From an uncultured Solirubrobacterales bacterium (lineage in GTDB: Bacteria > Actinomycetota > Thermoleophilia > Solirubrobacterales > Solirubrobacteraceae): DNA of 64,000 bases. The DNA is taken from contig OY969574.1 in assembly GCA_963701195.1 (NCBI GenBank), forward strand, positions 1,884,446 through 1,948,445. Direction: 5' to 3'. Below, piece after piece: positions 61,113 to 64,000 of the stretch; positions within the stretch are counted from its first letter, which is position 1; every line of letters starts with the position of its first letter. The position numbers and the translations under genes are program-made. Under the pieces are notes generated by a model. The model was not told the origin of the DNA. It saw only the letters and a list, made by a program, of their open reading frames with translations, and made no database searches.

Positions 61113-62446
61113 GTAGCTCGTTGAACGCCAGGCGCCCTGAATGGCCGGCCGTGACAATCGACCAACTCAAGCATCCAGCCAAGGGTGGAATTGCGATTGG
61201 CCCATTCGGCTCACGCATGAAGGCAGACACCTACGTATCCGATGGCGTACCTGTAGTTAGGGGCTCGAATATCGGCGACACGAGAGCATTGCGTGGCGAT
61301 TTTGTTCATATACCCGAAACTCTTGCCGCGACCATGCCGTCGGCACTCCTACAGCAGCGCGATCTGTTCTTTCCCCATAGAGGCGCGATTGGAGAGGTCG
61401 GAATCATCGAGAACTGCCGCCATCGGTACATGCTCTCCACCAGCTTGATGAAGCTCACGCCGAACCCAGACGTCGCGTATTCCCGTTTCTTGTTCTACTT
61501 CTTTCGCTCCGCGCGAGGCCGCCACGAACTCCTACGTAATGCGTCCCAAGTTGGAACACCGGGCATCGCGACGCCGCTCACCTCTCTACGGAAAATCACC
61601 GTACCACTGCCACCGTTGCGCACCCAGCAAGCCATCGCTACCATCCTCTGCGCCCTTGATGACAGGATCGACAGTAACCGCCGGCTAGTCGCACTGCTTG
61701 AGGAAACCGCTGCCGCAATCTTCAAAGTGCGGTTTGTGGACTTCGTTGGGGTGGAGGAGTTTGAGGAGAGTGGCATTAGGCGGGTGCCGAAGGGGTGGGC
61801 AGTTGCGCCAGTTGGTGAGACGCTAAAGGTGGTAGGTGGTGGCACGCCGAGCACCAAAGAACCGCGGTACTGGGAGGAAGGCACTCACTGCTGGGCGACG
61901 CCGAAGGATCTCGCCGGCAATCGGTCCTCGATTCTGTTGGATACAGACCGCCACATCACCGATGAGGGCGTCCGCCGGATCAGCTCCAAGCTGCTCCCTG
62001 TCAGGACGGTACTTCTTTCGTCGCGAGCGCCTGTTGGTTACACCGCCGTCAGCTTCGTTCCCATCGCTGTCAATCAGGGCTTCATCGCGATCCCGCCATC
62101 TGACGGTCTGCCGAGCGAGTTTGTTCTGTTCTGGCTGCGAGAGCACATGGACGAGATCAAGGCGGCCGCCGGAGGGACGACGTTCGCAGAGATCAGTAAG
62201 CGCCAGTTCCGGCCGCTCCCGATAGTCGTGCCGCCGCGTGAGGTACTTGATGAGTTCGCGCGCGCCGTACACTCCACGTTCGACCTCATGGCGGCGCAGG
62301 AGACGGAGGTGCACACGCTCACGCAGCTCCGTGACGCCCTTCTCCCCAAGCTCGTATCCGGCGAAATCCGCGTGTCCGATACGGCCGATCCAAATGAGGT
62401 CATTGGTCTGGCCGCCGAACAATCTTGGAGGCTGCGCAATGAGTGA
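61109..62446 (+). CDS. hsdS: Type I R-M specificity subunit
   Basis: Two TRDs (IGPFGS..., GGGTPST...), PLPPLRTQQAIA..LDDRID and LRDALLPKLVSGE conserved regions. Confidence 0.93.
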   Translation: MSSSLNARRPEWPAVTIDQLKHPAKGGIAIGPFGSRMKADTYVSDGVPVVRGSNIGDTRALRGDFVHIPETLAATMPSALLQQRDLFFPHRGAIGEVGIIENCRHRYMLSTSLMKLTPNPDVAYSRFLFYFFRSARGRHELLRNASQVGTPGIATPLTSLRKITVPLPPLRTQQAIATILCALDDRIDSNRRLVALLEETAAAIFKVRFVDFVGVEEFEESGIRRVPKGWAVAPVGETLKVVGGGTPSTKEPRYWEEGTHCWATPKDLAGNRSSILLDTDRHITDEGVRRISSKLLPVRTVLLSSRAPVGYTAVSFVPIAVNQGFIAIPPSDGLPSEFVLFWLREHMDEIKAAAGGTTFAEISKRQFRPLPIVVPPREVLDEFARAVHSTFDLMAAQETEVHTLTQLRDALLPKLVSGEIRVSDTADPNEVIGLAAEQSWRLRNE

Positions 62447-64000
62447 AGTTGCCGGCGAGGACGCGCTGGCCGAGCGGCCGGCACTGGAATGGCTGGAGCA
62501 GGCAGGCTGGACCCTCGTCCACGGCTCTGAACTTGAGGCCGAACGCCCCGGTGGCGAGCGCAAGGGGTGGTCCGATGTCGTCTTGGTTGAGCGCTTTCGT
62601 CATGCGATCGCGCGCATCAACCCGCACCTGCCGCGCGAAGCTGTGGAGATGGTGTCCGACCGCGCACTCACCGCGACTTCGCCAGTGCCGCTCGAGAGCC
62701 ATCGTGACTTCCACGAGATGCTGCTCGCTGGCATCCCAATCTCCTACACCGACGTCCAGGGCATCGAACGCGACGAGCACGCAAAGCTCGTGGACTTTGC
62801 CGATCCGGGCGCAAACGATCTCATCGCCGTCAATCAGCTCACGATCATCGACGACGGCAAGAACCGCCGCCCGGACATCATTCTGTTTGTCAATGGGCTG
62901 CCATTGGGTCAGATCGAGTTGAAGCGACCGAGCGCTGAGAATGCCGCCGAGTCGGCCGTCAATCAGGTACGCCACTACACAGAGACGGTCCCCGGTCTAT
63001 ACCGTTACGTAGAGGTCGTTGGTGTCTCGGACCTACTGGATGCGCGAGTAGGCACGGCAAGCACTCCCCCGGAGCACTTCGCGCAGTGGAAGCTCATGGG
63101 AGCTATGCAAGAGACAGACCGCCGCCCGGCGCTTCAGGTCATGGTCGAGCAGGTTTTCGCTCCGAGCGCACTGCTTGAGCTGATTCGTGACTTCGTGCTG
63201 TTCGAGTCGGATGGCGCGAGGACGTGGAAGGTGATGGCCAAGTACCACCAGGTCCACGCCGTACGGGCAGCCGTGGAGTCGGCGGCAGCCGCGATGGCTG
63301 GCGATCAGCGCGCCGGGATCGTCTGGCACACGCAGGGCGCCGGCAAGAGCTACACGATGATCTTCTTCGCCAACAAGCTGCGCCACGATCCGCGCTTTGC
63401 AAACCCGACGATCGTGGCCGTCACCGACCGCACGGACCTCGACGGCCAGTTGCTTGAAAAGTTCACCGCGACCCATCTGAAGAGCATATGTCGTCAGGCA
63501 CGGGAGATCACCGGCGGTGCCCACAGTCTCTATGAGCTGCTGAACGTCCCGGCCGGCGGCATCATTTTCACGACGATCCAGAAGTTCCGCCCGCCGCGCG
63601 GGCAGACTGAGATGCCGCTGCTCTCCGAGCGTCAGAACATCGTCGTCATGGCGGACGAGGCGCACCGCTCGCAGTACAGAACCTTCGCGCAGAACGTCAC
63701 CAAGGCGCTCCCCGCAGCTACGAGGATCGGCTTCACCGGCACACCCGTGGAGCGTGTCGATCGCTCGACACGGCTCGTGTTCGGCAACTACGTCTCTACC
63801 TACCGTATGCGTCAGGCACAAGAAGACCGCGCCACTGTCCCGATCTACTACGAGTCGCGCCCAATCCCCATCGAACTCGCCGACCCCGCACAACTCGCGG
63901 AGGTCGAGGAAGTGCTCGAAGACGAGGAGCCTGAGGCGGCGAACAAGCTGACGACCGCTTGGGCCAAGCTGGAGCGGGTTGTAGGAGCACCAGATCGACT
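62439..64000 (+). CDS. hsdR: Type I R-M restriction subunit, 3' end outside the window (absent from the ORF track)
   Basis: My translation from ATG 62439: RPDIILFVNGLPLGQIELK, WHTQGAGKS, DRTDLD, ADEAHRSQY, FTGTP. Confidence 0.93.
   Translation, partial: MSEVAGEDALAERPALEWLEQAGWTLVHGSELEAERPGGERKGWSDVVLVERFRHAIARINPHLPREAVEMVSDRALTATSPVPLESHRDFHEMLLAGIPISYTDVQGIERDEHAKLVDFADPGANDLIAVNQLTIIDDGKNRRPDIILFVNGLPLGQIELKRPSAENAAESAVNQVRHYTETVPGLYRYVEVVGVSDLLDARVGTASTPPEHFAQWKLMGAMQETDRRPALQVMVEQVFAPSALLELIRDFVLFESDGARTWKVMAKYHQVHAVRAAVESAAAAMAGDQRAGIVWHTQGAGKSYTMIFFANKLRHDPRFANPTIVAVTDRTDLDGQLLEKFTATHLKSICRQAREITGGAHSLYELLNVPAGGIIFTTIQKFRPPRGQTEMPLLSERQNIVVMADEAHRSQYRTFAQNVTKALPAATRIGFTGTPVERVDRSTRLVFGNYVSTYRMRQAQEDRATVPIYYESRPIPIELADPAQLAEVEEVLEDEEPEAANKLTTAWAKLERVVGAPDR

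Overview
High-GC (about 70% by eye) actinobacterial chromosomal window. Gene content and the secreted-protein families suggest Thermoleophilia/Solirubrobacterales (inference). 1-22.7 kb is mostly housekeeping: Fe-S PD-(D/E)XK nuclease tail, Mrp/ApbC, GT-C-like membrane proteins, ferredoxin, amidase, citrate synthase, groES-groEL with two CIRCE boxes, NUDIX, Crp, GDPD, a double-TetR regulator and Lhr helicase. 22.8-26.7 kb is an operon of a B12/PLP lysine 5,6-aminomutase (kamD-kamE) and a full-length class II LysRS paralog whose lysine pocket is remodelled; this is the top candidate for an undescribed system. 26.8-49.0 kb is a lower-GC island of secreted proteins: seven paralogous ~200-aa 4-Cys proteins (six carry 10-13 positionally conserved TTA codons), two ~290-aa proteins, two degenerate PEBP lipoproteins, and an ~8.3-kb tandem duplication (1176-aa modular protein, beta-propeller, small proteins) with patchwork identity. 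Then come kamB, a type II R-M pair, clpB, purD-purE-purB and a defence island (MNT, internally deleted HEPN, type I R-M running off the edge). All three single-base frameshifts in the region before the defence island fall at the A of GACNNNGTC, which points to methylation-linked base-calling errors and predicts a methylome motif. No rRNA, tRNA, CRISPR array or transposase was recognised.
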